DNA of 64,000 nucleotides from Octopus vulgaris (GCA_951406725.2 OX597823.1:78244001-78308000); one strand, 5' to 3'; counted from the first letter of the stretch, positions 40,040 to 53,244 are shown. Program-made: numbers and translations. Notes: generated by a model not told the origin, from the sequence alone.

Positions 40040-40232
40040 AGTTAATCCAAACAAGAAAACACAAAAAAACAAAAAAACACAACAACGCGAGGACGTGGAA
40101 CAAATAAAGTATTATAGGACGCTCAGGAAAGAAGGGAAGAAGGAGGGTTTAACGTTTCGAGCGGAGCTCTTTGTCGGAAACATAGGAGAAGGAAAGATCT
40201 CGAGAAGGGAAGACAGAGGAAAAAAAATCGCC
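40040..40232 (-). mobile_element. Family E element, hammerhead variant at 40147-40181
   Basis: Minus strand reads GUUU-CCGACAA-a-GAGC ucc GCUC-GAAAC-GUU^AAAC. Confidence 0.75.
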
Positions 40233-40466
40233 AAACATATACATACACATATATATGCATGCATGCTTGCATTATATATGAATGTGTCCTTCTACTTTTA
40301 AGGCTGTAGTGTGTGATTTTGGTGAGATTTGACTGTTGCTTCATGTAGGTAGATTAAGCATGTAAAGGTTATCCACCTCACGTTGGCTCATGCATACTTT
40401 CTTGTGTGTATTTATTGGTATATGACAATGCTGAGAGTTGCAGAAGTTACAGTATATATCCAACTG

Positions 40467-40497
<31 letters not shown>

Positions 40498-40574
40498 GTA
40501 TCTGTATATTATATATTGGTGTTTGATCATGTGATGTAGTCTTATTGATTCATTTGTTCTGTTATCTTATTTCG

Positions 40575-40607
<33 letters not shown>

Positions 40608-41504
40608 TTTGTTTTTTCTTTAGTTGATATTATTCTTGGTGATGCTTATGTTGTTGGAACCATATATTTTACTGGTTCAGATCCAATATGCTGGAGATGC
40701 AGGAGGTACAGGCATTACATACACATCCATCCTCCTTCTCTCTCTCTCCCCCCTCTTTCTCTCCCTCTCTCCTTCCCTCTCCCTTTTCCTCCTCTCCGAA
40801 CAACTCTCCAGATGTATCAGATATGTTGCTAGATTTATAGCCTTTGTTGCCTTATGGTTTCATCTGTTATATTTTTCCTTCTATTTCTTCTTTTCCATTT
40901 CCCCCTTCATTTCCTTCCTTTTTTCCTTTCTTTTGTTTTTGTCTCTTTTAGGGTCACAATGACTTAAGTTCACCTGGCTGCTTCTATCCTCCTCCTCCTC
41001 CTCCTCCACCTATTCCACCCCACCCCGCTTCAACTCCCCACCTCCCAGTTGCACACATCCTTTTCAATTCTTCATATATGTGTCGTTTGGTTTGTTTTAG
41101 GATTACACTTAGCACCATTCTGGAGCACTACCTTTAAATCTATGTAGTTATATATTTCCCCCCATATTTTAACAAACGGTTTGCTAGCTCAAAAAAAAAA
41201 AGCAAAAACAACACAATAACAACAATAATCCTTGCACTATTTGTTCCAGTTCTTTACATTTTAGGTTCAAATCCCACTGAGATCAATTTATTCTTTCATC
41301 CTTTTGTGATAAAATAAGGTACCTGTCTATGAACAGGGCTTGATGGTGACGTCAAACTCCCTCTCTATAAAACCGCTGGCTTTGTGTCTAAGCCAGAAAA
41401 CATTATATTACAATACACTTGAGCCAATGAGAAAGCCTTTATAGTGTCAAATCACTTGGTTTTCTAGAAATAGCAACCAAGTCAAGCAACCAAATAGCAA
41501 CCAA

Positions 41505-41735
41505 AGGCAGCGAGCTGGCAGAATCGTTAGCATGCCGGGCAAAATGCTTAGTGGTATTTCGTCTACCGTTAGCTTGTGAGTTCAAATTCCACCGAGGTCG
41601 ACTTTGCCTTTCATCCTTTTGGGGTCGATAAATTAAGTACCAGTTATACACTGGGGTCGATGTAATCGACTTAATCCGTTTGTCTGTCCTTATTTGTCCC
41701 CTCTGTGTAGCCCCTTGTGGGCAGTAAAGAAATAA
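41505..41735 (+). mobile_element. Family B SINE
   Basis: Full-length match to the other B copies. Confidence 0.9.
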
Positions 41736-41890
41736 GATATAAGATATAGTAACCAAGTCTCTCTCAAGTTACACTTCATATTACCTTAAGAATGGTAAGA
41801 ACATTACAGGATGTAGTCCAAGATACAAGGGAATATTTAATAAAAACTGGAATCTCTTTGGTCATAGGTTTCCATACTTCTTCAGGGCTT

Positions 41891-42300
41891 ACTCTCTTTT
41901 ACTCTTTTACTTGCTTCAGTCATTTGACTGCGGCCATGCTGGAGCACCGCCTTTAGTCGAGCAACTCAACCTCGGGACTTATTCTTTTTGTAAGCCCAGT
42001 ACTTATTCTATCGTTCTCTTTTTGCCAAACCACTAAGTGACGGGGACGTAAACACACCAGCATCGGTTGTCAAGCAATGATAGGGGAACAAACGCAGACA
42101 CACAAACACACACATACATATATATATATATACATATATAAGACAGGCTTCTTTCAGTTTCCGTCTACCAAATCCACTCACAAGGCATTGGTCGGCTTGG
42201 GGCTATAGCAGAAGACACTTGCCCAAGATGCCACATAGTGGGACTGAACCCGGAACCATGTGGTTGGTAAACAAGCTACTTACCACACAGCCACTCCTGC
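41891..42300 (-). mobile_element. Family A SINE
   Basis: Full-length reverse complement of family A. Confidence 0.9.
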
Positions 42301-42360
42301 TTACTCAGGATTAATGAACAACATATACACTACACAACTTAATATGTACTAACCAAATTT

Positions 42361-42575
42361 AGGCAGCAAGCTGGTAGAATTGTTAGCATGCCAGGCAAAA
42401 TGTGTAGTGGTATATCGTTCATTTTCACGTTCTGAGTTCAAATTCTGCTCAGGTCAACTTTGCCTTTCTTTATTTCAGGGTCAATAAAATAAGTACCAGT
42501 GGAGCACTGAGTTTGATGTAATCAATTTATCCACCTCCTCCAAAATTGCAGGCCTTGTGCCATAATTTGAAACCA
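42361..42575 (+). mobile_element. Family B SINE (alternative tail)
   Basis: B head and core, then aaaattgcaggccttgtgcc..tttgaaacc. Confidence 0.8.
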
Positions 42576-42980
42576 ATATATATAAACTGAATGTCTGTAT
42601 GTATGTTCCAAGTTGTAGGCGACAGAGTTGCCCCTTGAGTTAGTGAAATTTTGCCTAGGCTCACATTGTAATAGATTATTTAACTTTTCCTCAAATTTGT
42701 TGTTCTTTGGCTGCTTACAACAAAACTATTTCGTTCCACAAAAAATTTTAGACACTGAATATTTTCCTGATTAGGAAAATGATTAATTTCAAACATTTAT
42801 GTAAATTTCTACGGTATTTTGAAAAACAAAAAATACACCCAGAAATCATGAAAAAATTTGAGAGTGAAATATTATTTTAGAAATTTCTGGTGTCCTCCAC
42901 AAGGTGCTTGAGTTTGATTCCTGGTAAGGGAAAACGCTGCACTTATCTGAATCTCTCTCTCTCTCTTTCTCTCTCTCTCT

Positions 42981-43222
42981 CGCGGTTTCGATTTCAAGAC
43001 CGGGCATTGTGAGTGTTTATTGAGCGAAAACACCTAAAAGCTCCACGAGGCTCCGGCAAGGGGTGGTGATCCCTGCTGTACTCTTTCACCACTCTTTCTT
43101 CTGTTGGCCTGCTCGCTTAGCCAGTGGGGTAGCGTCATTCGAAGGCTAAAACAATGCAAACGCATTGTGACCAGCGATGTGTAACTACATCTGATGGACT
43201 GGTCGGTCACGTGATCACGTGA
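42981..43222 (+). mobile_element. Family D3 SINE (5'-truncated, cacgtgat-repeat tail)
   Basis: D head and body, then a distinct 3' region ending ggtcacgtgatcacgtgac. Confidence 0.8.
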
Positions 43223-43224
43223 CA

Positions 43225-43500
43225 TACAAAATATGGGGTTTTGTTCACAGGTGTTCTAAACGACTAGGTATGCTGAGTAAGTGCTGTGCTGATTACCAAA
43301 GTCATAACTGAGATGGGAGTTATGGAGCCATTGTAGATTTCTGATATAGCGGATATATAATTGTTAGAGGACAGCAAGTGTTAAAGCAAGTCAAACATCT
43401 CAAGTCATATACATCATTATTATTATTGGAAAATATTTTTTCCAATTTTAATAATGAGATGTTTGCCCTGCCTTAACGTTTGTTGTCCTCTTTAACATGA
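43225..43500. mobile_element. Second copy of the 16.3-17.1 kb Penelope-like family, again folded back
   Basis: 43225-43410 is the reverse complement of 16890-17085. Local arms lie at about 43362-43432 and 43438-43497. Confidence 0.7.
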
Positions 43501-43648
43501 TATTTTTACATTTTATACACTACAACAATGTCCAGTTTCCGATGTTTGGTCAGGTGATCGCACTGGATCATTGCATCCCACAGGATTTTGCAATTCTAAG
43601 TCTCGGTGCCTCCCTCTGCGGTTTGCTCATACCATGGGTAAGGTTCAG

Positions 43649-43874
43649 CGAGCTGGCAGAAACGTTAGCACGCCGGGCGAAATGCATAGTCGTATTTCGT
43701 GTGCCGTTACGTTCTGAGTTCAAATTCCGCCGAGATCGACTTTGCATTTCATCCTTTCGGGGTCGATTAAATGAGTACCAGTTACGCACTGGGGTCGATG
43801 CAATCGACTTAATCCGCTTGTCTGTCCTTGTTTGTCCTCTCTGTGTTTGGCCCCTTGTGGGTAGTAAAGAAATA
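43649..43874 (+). mobile_element. Family B SINE with 12-bp TSD
   Basis: TSD ggtaaggttcag at 43637-43648 and 43875-43886. Confidence 0.92.
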
Positions 43875-44309
43875 GGTAAGGTTCAGAGGTCACAGACACC
43901 ATCATTTTTTGGGGTGGAAAATAAATCTATTTCGAGAAGTTTTAAATTAGTTCATATCTTGACCTGCCATCTGGAAGGTGTCAAATAGCAGGCCTACAGA
44001 ATTCTTATAGCATCATAGAAAGAGCAAGATATTGAGTTGACAGCCAGAGGGAGACAGTGACAGGGAGATGAAAGATAGAACCATCATGTAGTCTCCAACT
44101 AGCATTACCTGCAAGCTATTTCTAGTGGGATGGTGATGGCATTGGCGGCAGCAGTGGTAGAAGTGGTAAAGGGAATGTATGTGTTCTGCCACCAGGATGT
44201 AAATGCTGTCACATGTGTATGTTTGTCCCCAGGCAAATCATTATTATCATTGTTGTTATTATTATTAGTAGAAGTAGTGTAATCAGGAAGCAAAAGAAGC
44301 ATCACACCC

Positions 44310-44346
<37 letters not shown>

Positions 44347-44369
44347 CATTATTATTATTATTATTATTG

Positions 44370-44668
44370 TGGAGGTGCAATGGTCCAGTGGTTAGGGCAG
44401 CGGACTCGAGGTCGGAGGATCGCGATTTCGATTCCCAGACCAAGGCGTTGTGTGTGTTTATTGAGCAAAAACACCTAAAAGCTCCACGAGGCTCTGGCAG
44501 GGGGGGGGCGACCCCTGTTGTACTCTTTTGCCACAACTTTCTCTCACTCTCCCTTCCTGTTTCTTGAGTAATGCTGCAATGGACTGGTGTCCCGTCCAGA
44601 TGGGGGGGACACATACACCACAGAAACTGAGAAACCAGGCTCATGAGCCTGGCTATGCTTGAAAAGTA
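44370..44668 (+). mobile_element. Family D2 tRNA-derived SINE within (ATT)n
   Basis: tRNA head ggaggtgcaatggtccagtggttagggcagcggactcg..ttcgattccc and gcaatggactggtgtcccgtccag module. Confidence 0.88.
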
Positions 44669-45138
44669 CAAAAAAAGAAAAATTATTATTATTATTATTA
44701 TTATCATAGCTAAATTTGAATACACACAAGAGCAGTATCACTGGGAGTATACTGCTACCGTTCCCTCATATACACACTTACTTAATCACATGTCCCAATG
44801 TCAGGTACTTTTAAATCTGTAGATATGATTTCCACACATCATTATCAATTCAAACTAACATGTTCTATCAGAACAAATTGATCGATGGATGGTTTCTTTC
44901 ATTTATACCTACATGAGATCTGTCATCTCTCATCCAAAATATTCATATTCATTAAATCTCTCACAATATGTAGTCTACAAAGGATCATCTTCATCAGTCG
45001 TTCTCAACCAAGATCCATCTGGTCCTTAGGGATCCATATAAGATTTTGCTCTTCAAATTTATCTGCAATAAATTGGTTATACTGCGACAATACACAAAAT
45101 ATTTTAACAATATTTTCATACAATTCCTAATGATATTT

Positions 45139-45451
45139 GTGGAGGCACATGGCCTAGTGGTTAGAGCAGTGGACTCACAGTCGAGGGATCAGGGGTTCGA
45201 ATCTCAGACTGGGCGATGTGTTGTGTTTATGAGCGAAACACCCAAGCTCCACACAGCTCCGGCAGAAGGTAATGGCGAATTTCTGCTGACTCTTTCGCCA
45301 CAACTTTCTCTCACTCTTTCCTCCTGCATCTTGCAGCTCACCTGTGACAGACTGGCATCTCATCCAGGTGGGAAACCTATACGCTAAGGAAACTGGGAAA
45401 CCAGCCCTTATGAGCCAGGCATGACTCGAGAAGGAACAAACAACAACAAAA
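45139..45451 (+). mobile_element. Family D1 SINE with 13-bp TSD
   Basis: TSD cctaatgatattt at 45126-45138 and 45452-45464. Confidence 0.92.
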
Positions 45452-45466
45452 CCTAATGATATTTAA

Positions 45467-45685
45467 CCCTTTAACATTTAAACCAGCCATATCCTGCCAA
45501 AATATTCAGCCTGCTTCATGTTGAAACTGGTTAAATCTAGCCTTTCACACTTACCCTACAATGCCATTCTGAAAATAAACAATTACATCATCAAAATCTC
45601 AAACCTAAAGATAATACATGATTAACTCAAAACAATGTAAATAAATAAGGATTACAGTTGACAGAGTAATCTGAATGCAAAAAGG
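45467..45685. mobile_element. piggyBac-type MITE
   Basis: TTAA|CCCTTTAACATT ... AATGCAAAAAGG|TTAA: imperfect TIRs with TTAA on both sides. Confidence 0.7.
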
Positions 45686-45908
45686 TTAATAATAAAAATA
45701 TAAGATTTCTTAAAAAACATCAGATGGTTGTGAGGGTCAATCTGAGTAGAACAGGAATCAAAGAGGTTCATGGGTATAAAATGGTTGGGAACCACTGATT
45801 GATGTGGTTGCTTGCCTTGTGACAAATAGTAAGCAAAATCTCCCTCAGATTGGAAGTGTTACCATGTACATTGTTTTGTCTTGATATGAAAGATGGGCTA
45901 CAGCAAAT

Positions 45909-46226
45909 CATCATCCTCATCATCATCATCGTTTAACGTCCGTTCTCCATGCTAGCATGGGTTGGACGGTTCGACCGGGGATCTGGGAAGCCAGAAGGCT
46001 GCACCAGGCTCCAGTCTTATCTGGCAATGTTTCTACAGCTGGATGCCCTTCCTAACGCCAACCACTCCGTGAGTGTAGTAATGGGTGCTTTTTATGTGCC
46101 ACCTGCACAGGTGCCAGGCGAGGCTGGCAACGGCCACGGTCGGATTGGTGTATTTTATGTGCCACCGGCACGGAAGCCAGTCGAGGCGGTGCTGGCATCG
46201 GCCACAAGTCGGATAGTGCTTTTTAT
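45909..46226 (-). mobile_element. Family C retroposon nested in a family F fragment
   Basis: Interrupts gggctacagcaaat|attctgctcaataccacag. Confidence 0.88.
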
Positions 46227-46715
46227 CCGACAAATATTCTGCTCAATACCACAGATGTGCTTGTTAGTTGTTTGACCGTAGGTATTTTAAATGGTGAAGA
46301 AAGACATTCACCAGTGTAGGTCTTGATACACTTTTGGAGAAAAAAGAAAGAAGACATAAAATGTAATTGTCATTGGCTGGGAATTCCTCTGGTCATAGAC
46401 CAGCATAATCAAGTCTAACTATGGATTACATATCAACAAGTACATATGGACGAAAGGAAGGAATAATGGAAGGAAGGAGCGATGGATGGAGGGAGGGAAT
46501 GAATGAGGGATGGAAGAAAGAAATGATGCATGATGGAGAGAAAGAAGAAATAATGAATGGAAGGATGAACAGATGGAAGAAAGGTAGGATGGATGGAAAG
46601 AAGGAATGTGGATAGACTGAAGGGATGTAGGATGGATGGAAGGGAGGTAAGGGAACAGATGGATGGACCGAGTGATTGACTATTAAGATGTTAATAACAT
46701 TAACAGAAAAAGTTT

Positions 46716-47155
46716 ACTCTACTCTTTTACTTGTTCCAGTCATTTGACCATGGCCATGCTGGAGCACCGCCTTTAGTCGAGCAAATCGACCCCAGGATTT
46801 ATTCTTTGTAAGCCTAGTATTTATTCTATTGGTCTCTTTTGCTGAATCGCTAAGTTATGGGGACGTAAACACACCAGCATCGGTTGTCAAGCAATGTTGC
46901 GGGGGGGGGGGGGGACAAACACAGACACACAAACATACACACACACATACATATACACATATATACATATATACGATGGGCTTTTTTTCAGCAAATCGAC
47001 CCTCTGTAAGCCTAGTACTTATTTTATCGATCTCTTTTGCCGAAGGATGAAAGGCAAAGCCAACCTCAGTGGAATTTGAACTCAGTACATGAAGATTGTT
47101 GAAATACCACTCAGCATTTTACCCATCATGCCAATGATTCTATCAGCTCACCATC
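46716..47155 (-). mobile_element. Family A 3' half plus an A/B chimeric SINE
   Basis: A-type agcctagtacttattttatcgatctcttttgccgaa is joined directly to B-type ggatgaaaggcaaagc..gaatttgaactcag. Confidence 0.75.
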
Positions 47156-48779
47156 TTCCAATCTAATATTATAACTCAGTTTGGGAAACGGTACACTTGA
47201 TGACATTCTTTCTTTAGACCTTAGAAATTTTCTTTGAAGATACGATGGGTTCCAAACATATTTAGTAATACATGTATGTATGGCTGTATAATCAACTTCC
47301 TGGATTGCTGACTGCATAGTTCTGTAGAAAAATTACTGGATGCTAAATTGAAAATAATTATCATAGATATTTAAAAAAATAATTAGAAATTCACAACATA
47401 TGAAGGCTCTTCCAATACTGATGGCAACCTAGTTATTTAAAGCAATTCCTCTTGACTAATAAAATTTGCACTGTTTCGTTCATAATTAGATCCTGATGAA
47501 GTATTGGAGATAATTTCTTTTTAACTCCTTCAATCCTATAATTGCATTACCTTGTGGACAATCATTGCATTTAATTTACTTTCTATATCTGTAAATTGCA
47601 ATGGTACTCTATAATAGCCACAGATAATAGCATCATTTAAATAAAATATTTTTTTTTGTTTTTTGTTTTGTTGTATGTTTTATTTTTTGTTCAGAATTAA
47701 TAGAAATCATGCTATGTTAGGTGCTTATGTTTTGACAGCTTTCAAATGAAATGAGAAAATAACAATAATTTTGCATAACTAGAATTATTGAACTGCAAGG
47801 AAAATTAAGCAGAAACAGTGATAGTTTTAGCTGTTCTATTTGATGTTATTTTCATTAATTCACTTAAATGTAGAGCAGGGTTGTTGTTGTTTTTTTTTTT
47901 TTGCTTTTTTTTTCCATTTTTACAAAGTAGATAAAATCCACTTGTTTTAGGCATGGACACAATTAGAAATACTAAGCTGGTAGTGTAACAATGATAAAGC
48001 AAGCTTCTCTGATCATTATAGATAAGACAGAAGATGTAACAGCCAAAGGTAAACAGCAAGTAATCAACCAATCTTGAAAATATTCAATACAATGTTTTAC
48101 ATCTTCTCTCTCTCTCTCTATATCTGCGTCTCAGTAAATATAAGAATACATCAGAAATATTGTTTTATTAGATCTGTGTGCTATTTTCAACATTTATCCC
48201 AGTATGTGATACATGTAGCTAATGGCTCCACTAATTAGACATTCAGTTTCATTTTTCTGTTTCATGTGACCTTTCAGATATTTTGGGATGCTATAAAGTT
48301 ATAAAGTTGCTATATTTTAAACAATAAATAGTTAGATATCTTTCAAAAACTGGATAGTTAACCTGTCTCACAAAAATCTAATCAGCCATTCAGTGATACT
48401 ATAATAGAGATAATGAATTTATTACTTAAAATTTTTCTTTTAAATTTTGGTTTATTTCTATGTATGTTACTTGTGTGGTTGAAATAAATAGTTCATCGAT
48501 TGTTTCATGGCAGACAATAGAGATCTGTGAAAATATTTCTTAATGATTCTAATAGAATAACAACACACACATTTGCAAACATGAATGCACACACACACCC
48601 GAATAGAAACAAACCAAATTTTGATATTTTGAATGCATTTCATAGATGTGTTTCAAGTAGATAGGTAAAGTATTCCTTATGTAATACTTCTCTAATGAGA
48701 CAATGCACTAACCATCGAAGTGGGCCAAACCATCTAAGTGAGCCACTAGAGGATAACAAAGAATCCTTTCTTAAGCAAA

Positions 48780-50270
48780 CATAGCTTCAGATTGAAAGTG
48801 AACTCAACACTCCCATGAGAAAGAGAAGACTGTGATGGAAGCGAGGGCTGTAAAAAAAAATATAAAGACAAACCCTAAAGCTTTCTGTAGATTTGGAAAT
48901 GAATCTACTTTAGTACACTACAAGATAGGGCCACTGTTTGAAGAAAATGGCTCACAGACTGCAAACCCCAGAGGATAAGTGAAGTACTGAATGTGCAATA
49001 CAAAGGCATTTTCACAACTCCAATGGGACACTTGCAAATAACTATGCTTGATGAGTTCTTCAGTAGCAAAACTCTGCACAAAGATTTGGCAACTATTGAT
49101 TACGTTGAAGTAGAGAAAACTGATGTAGTACGAGCAATTGATGAGATGAGCTTAAATTCAGCCACAGATCCTGATGGATCCCCAGCAATCCACTTAAAGA
49201 AATGCAAAAGGGCTCTTGCAAGGCCAATACAGATCCTCTTTCAAAGCTTCCTTGGAAAGGGAGACTTTTCAAGACAGAAGGCAGACAATGGTAGCCAATG
49301 AAGATCTCTTCAAGAGGATTGTAATAGAGAGTGGAATGCATCAGGGATCTGTTTTGCGGCCATGGTTGATTATGGTGGCTTTTTCAAGACAAGCTGTCAG
49401 TTAGACAGCCTCACTGTTAGCCAGTGACACAAAAGTAGTACAAGCGGTCAAGAAACCTTCTGATGCTAAGCTTCTACAGAAAGACCTGGATGCCACATAT
49501 AAATGGGCTGAAGAAAGCAACATACAATTTTATGCAAGTAAAATCAAGCTACCAGCTAATCAATACTCACAAGCCAAGCCACAACAACAATACTTTGGAC
49601 CAAAAGGAGTGGCAATCCTGAAGTCGTGTACAGTGAGTGATCTCGGGATTGATATGAGCAACGATGCCTTGTTTCATATGCATATCACCAAGATGGGGAT
49701 AACATGCAGGAAAATGGCTGGATGGATTTTGAAAGTTTTCAGAACAAGGGACCAGGAAAGTATATTAGTTCCATGAAGAACGTTTGTCCTCAACCATCTA
49801 GACTACTGTTCTCAGCTGTGGTCACCCCATATTGTGAAAATAATAGCAGAACTTGCGGCAGTACTTCATTAGGAAGATTCTAGAGGGGTTGGCACAAAAC
49901 TTTGGCATCAAGAGCTATAACAGCCCCTGAATAGGATGCCATGGCATGGTTTCAAAGGACGCAGTCACCCAATCTAGTGTGAGGGCCATGTACTGCAATT
50001 ATGGGGCCTACAGCTATTTAATACCTTGTCAAACATCTGAGAGATCTGCATGGAGTAAGGGTGGATGCTTTCAAGAAACAACTTGACCTCCTGCTGTCCA
50101 AGGTCCCAGTTGAGCCTACACCGTAGAAAGAAGCTCAAAAGAGGGCAGCAATATTGAACTCCCACCTTCACCAAAAGTCAGTCACTTAAAAATGGTCATT
50201 AAAAAGGTGATAATACTGGTGGCACCCCAACAAGGTCACAGCCTTTGGGCTGAAGTGTATATAAAGAATA
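48780..50270 (+). mobile_element. Decayed CR1-group LINE (reverse transcriptase pseudogene) with 3' UTR
   Basis: Reads IKTNPKAF..IGPL..SEVLNVQYKGIFTTP..SATDPDGSPAIHLKKC..RRQTMVAN..SGMHQGSVLRP..ASDTK..LQKDLDATYKWAEESN..LDYCSQLWSP, with stops and frameshifts. Confidence 0.9.
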
Positions 50271-50581
50271 TGTATATATATATTCATAGATATGGATGCA
50301 TACAAAGTATCAACATTTAGTTAAATCTTTATTCTGATATTATGTGACTTTTGTCCATAAAATTCCATCCTGTCCTTGCTTTGATAATATGGTTTAAAAC
50401 AACAACATAGGTGTGGAAGGTTTAACCTGACCCTGAGTTGAAAAGTTCTGGTAAATTGTATTACATCAAAGCATTCTACTTAGTTTGTCACTATAATTAT
50501 TTAACATGCATTTTTGAAGCTGGCTTGTGTGTGTATGTGTTTATTTATGCATATGTGTGTGTATATATATATATCTATCTA

Positions 50582-50652
<71 letters not shown>

Positions 50653-50932
50653 ATGTATACACACACATACTTATCTTTGTTGTTCAGATACATACCACTG
50701 GTGACTGACTTATTTCTCTTTGCTTGCATTCATTTCCTTCATGCAAAACACACATGCGCGAACACACACATATACATACATTCATGCATATATATATATA
50801 TTTTACACGTGTATATGCATATATATATCTTTATATATTTATACATATATATATATATATATATATATATGTATAATTATATATCTATCTATCCATCCAT
50901 ATATATATTTGTATATATATGTATGTATATGT

Positions 50933-50983
<51 letters not shown>

Positions 50984-51524
50984 TCATAAAGGCCTTGTCA
51001 AATTTGAGCTTATTAGGAATTCCCAAAATGTATTTGAACACCAGTATGCTACTAGGGATTACATTCCTGCTGGATTGGAAAGGCATAGTTTATTTTTATT
51101 TTTCATTTCTTTCTTTTTAAACAAGAAAGTATTAAAAAAGGGAGAGAGGAAGAAAGATAGAGAAAAAGAAAGAAAGAAAGAAAGAGAGATAGAGAAACTC
51201 TGATGAGTAAATTGAATTGTTTCTTTTCCAGAAAACTTCAAATAGCAGAAGGTTCTATTTCCCCACTTCTCCAAATGAATCAGAATTCTATAAATTACCG
51301 AATAGAACATAGGGTAGAATTCTTCATGACATATATCGATGTATGTCATGGGGAAACTGACTTTTATAACATATATATGTGTGTGTGTATGTATATATAT
51401 GTGTGTATATATATATATGTGAGTTTGTGTGTGTGTTTGTGTGTGTGTACGTGTATATATATATGTATATATATATTATATATATGTATATATATGTATG
51501 TATATAAATATATATATATATATG

Positions 51525-51561
<37 letters not shown>

Positions 51562-52699
51562 ATATATATATGTGTGTGTGTGTATATATATATACACACA
51601 CACACACACATATATATACACACACATATATATATATATATATAGACACACACACATTTAGATACCACTATATCATATAACTACATTCTCAAATGCATCT
51701 GTATAAATTTACATGTAACTATTAGAAGCTGTGAGCGGAATATGTGCAATAGCTTGGGTTATATAGCCTTAAAATAAACTAGAAGTGTCTTTGTGAAGAG
51801 GAATATTTATAACAGTGAATACATGTGTTTTTTCCTCTGTCAAGGTGAATACGTGCGTGTTTGTGTGTGCTAGAGTCTCTTCATACGCGCATGAATGCTT
51901 GGGTTAATGCTTGTATATTTTTTTTTTTTGTTTTTCATGAGGAAAGGGTTTGCTTTACCGTTTTTTGATATATGTGTTTTGAGTAAATATGATGCAATGA
52001 AATACATGGTATGATTAAAGGAGCTATGATACAGGGTCATAAATATGACACACTCCATGTCAAACCATATGTATACCATTTAGTAATGAATCATAACATA
52101 AAATATGGTCTTCTCACATGTCACACTATTCTGATATATTTACTATGCAAACATATATCTGTGTAGTCATTAATCTATCTGCTATGAGTATCACAGCATA
52201 ACTAGTGACATTTATTCTGGCTTTCTGTATAGTGAGATCAAATCCTGGAGTAGGCTGAATTTGTCTTTTATCTTTTCAGAGTCAATAAAATTATTAATAT
52301 TCCAGAGTAGTTGTTTGGGGAATGTTAGGGGATTGGAAAAGATGCTTTTCAATATTTGTTTTGACTATTTGTGTTTTTTTTGTTTAGACCCCTTCTAGTC
52401 ACTAGCAAAAATGACGATGGACTTGGAGAGTTTTTAAGCAAGTGTCCAAATATTTTAGATAGTCACTCTCAATGCTACAAACCAACTGACAGGAGAGAAT
52501 GCAAGGGAACATTCAAGTCATCTCTCTTCAATGATTAAAAGATGTGTGACCGAGTGTGTGTGTGTGTGTGTACATGAAAATTTGAAGCTGGCATTTTATG
52601 TGGTAGCTGAAGATTGGCCAGTGCCTTTCTAGAAAAATTGGTGAACAGAACTGAAGAAGCTTGTGTGTATATGATCAATGTATTCTATAAATTTTACTA

Positions 52700-52872
52700 T
52701 AGGCATAGGAGTGGCTGTGTGGTAAGTAGTTTGCTTACCAACCACATGGTTCTGGGTTCAGTCCCACTGCATGGCACCTTGGGCAAGTGTCTTCTACTAT
52801 AGCCTTGGGGCGACAAAAGCCTTGTGAGTGGATTTGGTAGATGGAAACTGAAAGAAGCTCATTGTATATATG

Positions 52873-52903
<31 letters not shown>

Positions 52904-53120
52904 GTGTATATGTTTGTGTGTCTGTGTTTGTCCCCCCAACATCACTTGACAACCGATGCTAGTGTGCTTACGTCCCCATAACTTAGCGGTTCGGCAAAAT
53001 AGACCAATAGAATAAGTACTAGCCTTACAAAGAATAAGTCCTGGAATCAATTTGCTCGACTAAAGGTAGTGCTCCAGCATGGCCACAGCCAAATGACTGA
53101 AACAAGCAAAAGAGTAAAAT
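52700..53120 (+). mobile_element. Family A SINE
   Basis: Full length. Confidence 0.92.
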
Positions 53121-53244
53121 TGAAAGTTGTAAGCATTAGGACTTCAATTGCTATGTTGGACAGATGAGTACAAAACTCTCTTATAGGCTCACCAAGCATT
53201 TACAGTAAGGAGCTATTGCAAATCATTATACTCCACACCATTTT

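Noticed and set aside
40624-40710. Acceptor-like ttttttctttAG followed by non-repetitive sequence
   Set aside because: The required phase gives an immediate TGA, and the other frames are not CUB-like.
44370-44445. tRNA-like sequences at the heads of families A, B and D
   Set aside because: No proper acceptor stem or terminator, and they continue into SINE bodies. They are SINE heads, not tRNA genes.
51232-51340. Candidate next exon (ttcttttccAG...GTATGT, open frame KLQIAEGSISPLL..)
   Set aside because: The peptide has no CUB features (no Cys, YCG or GF.A.Y), and there is no other support.
51322-51352. Hairpin catgacatat-atcg-atgtatgtcatg followed by GAAAC
   Set aside because: No catalytic core upstream. 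An isolated short hairpin is uninformative.
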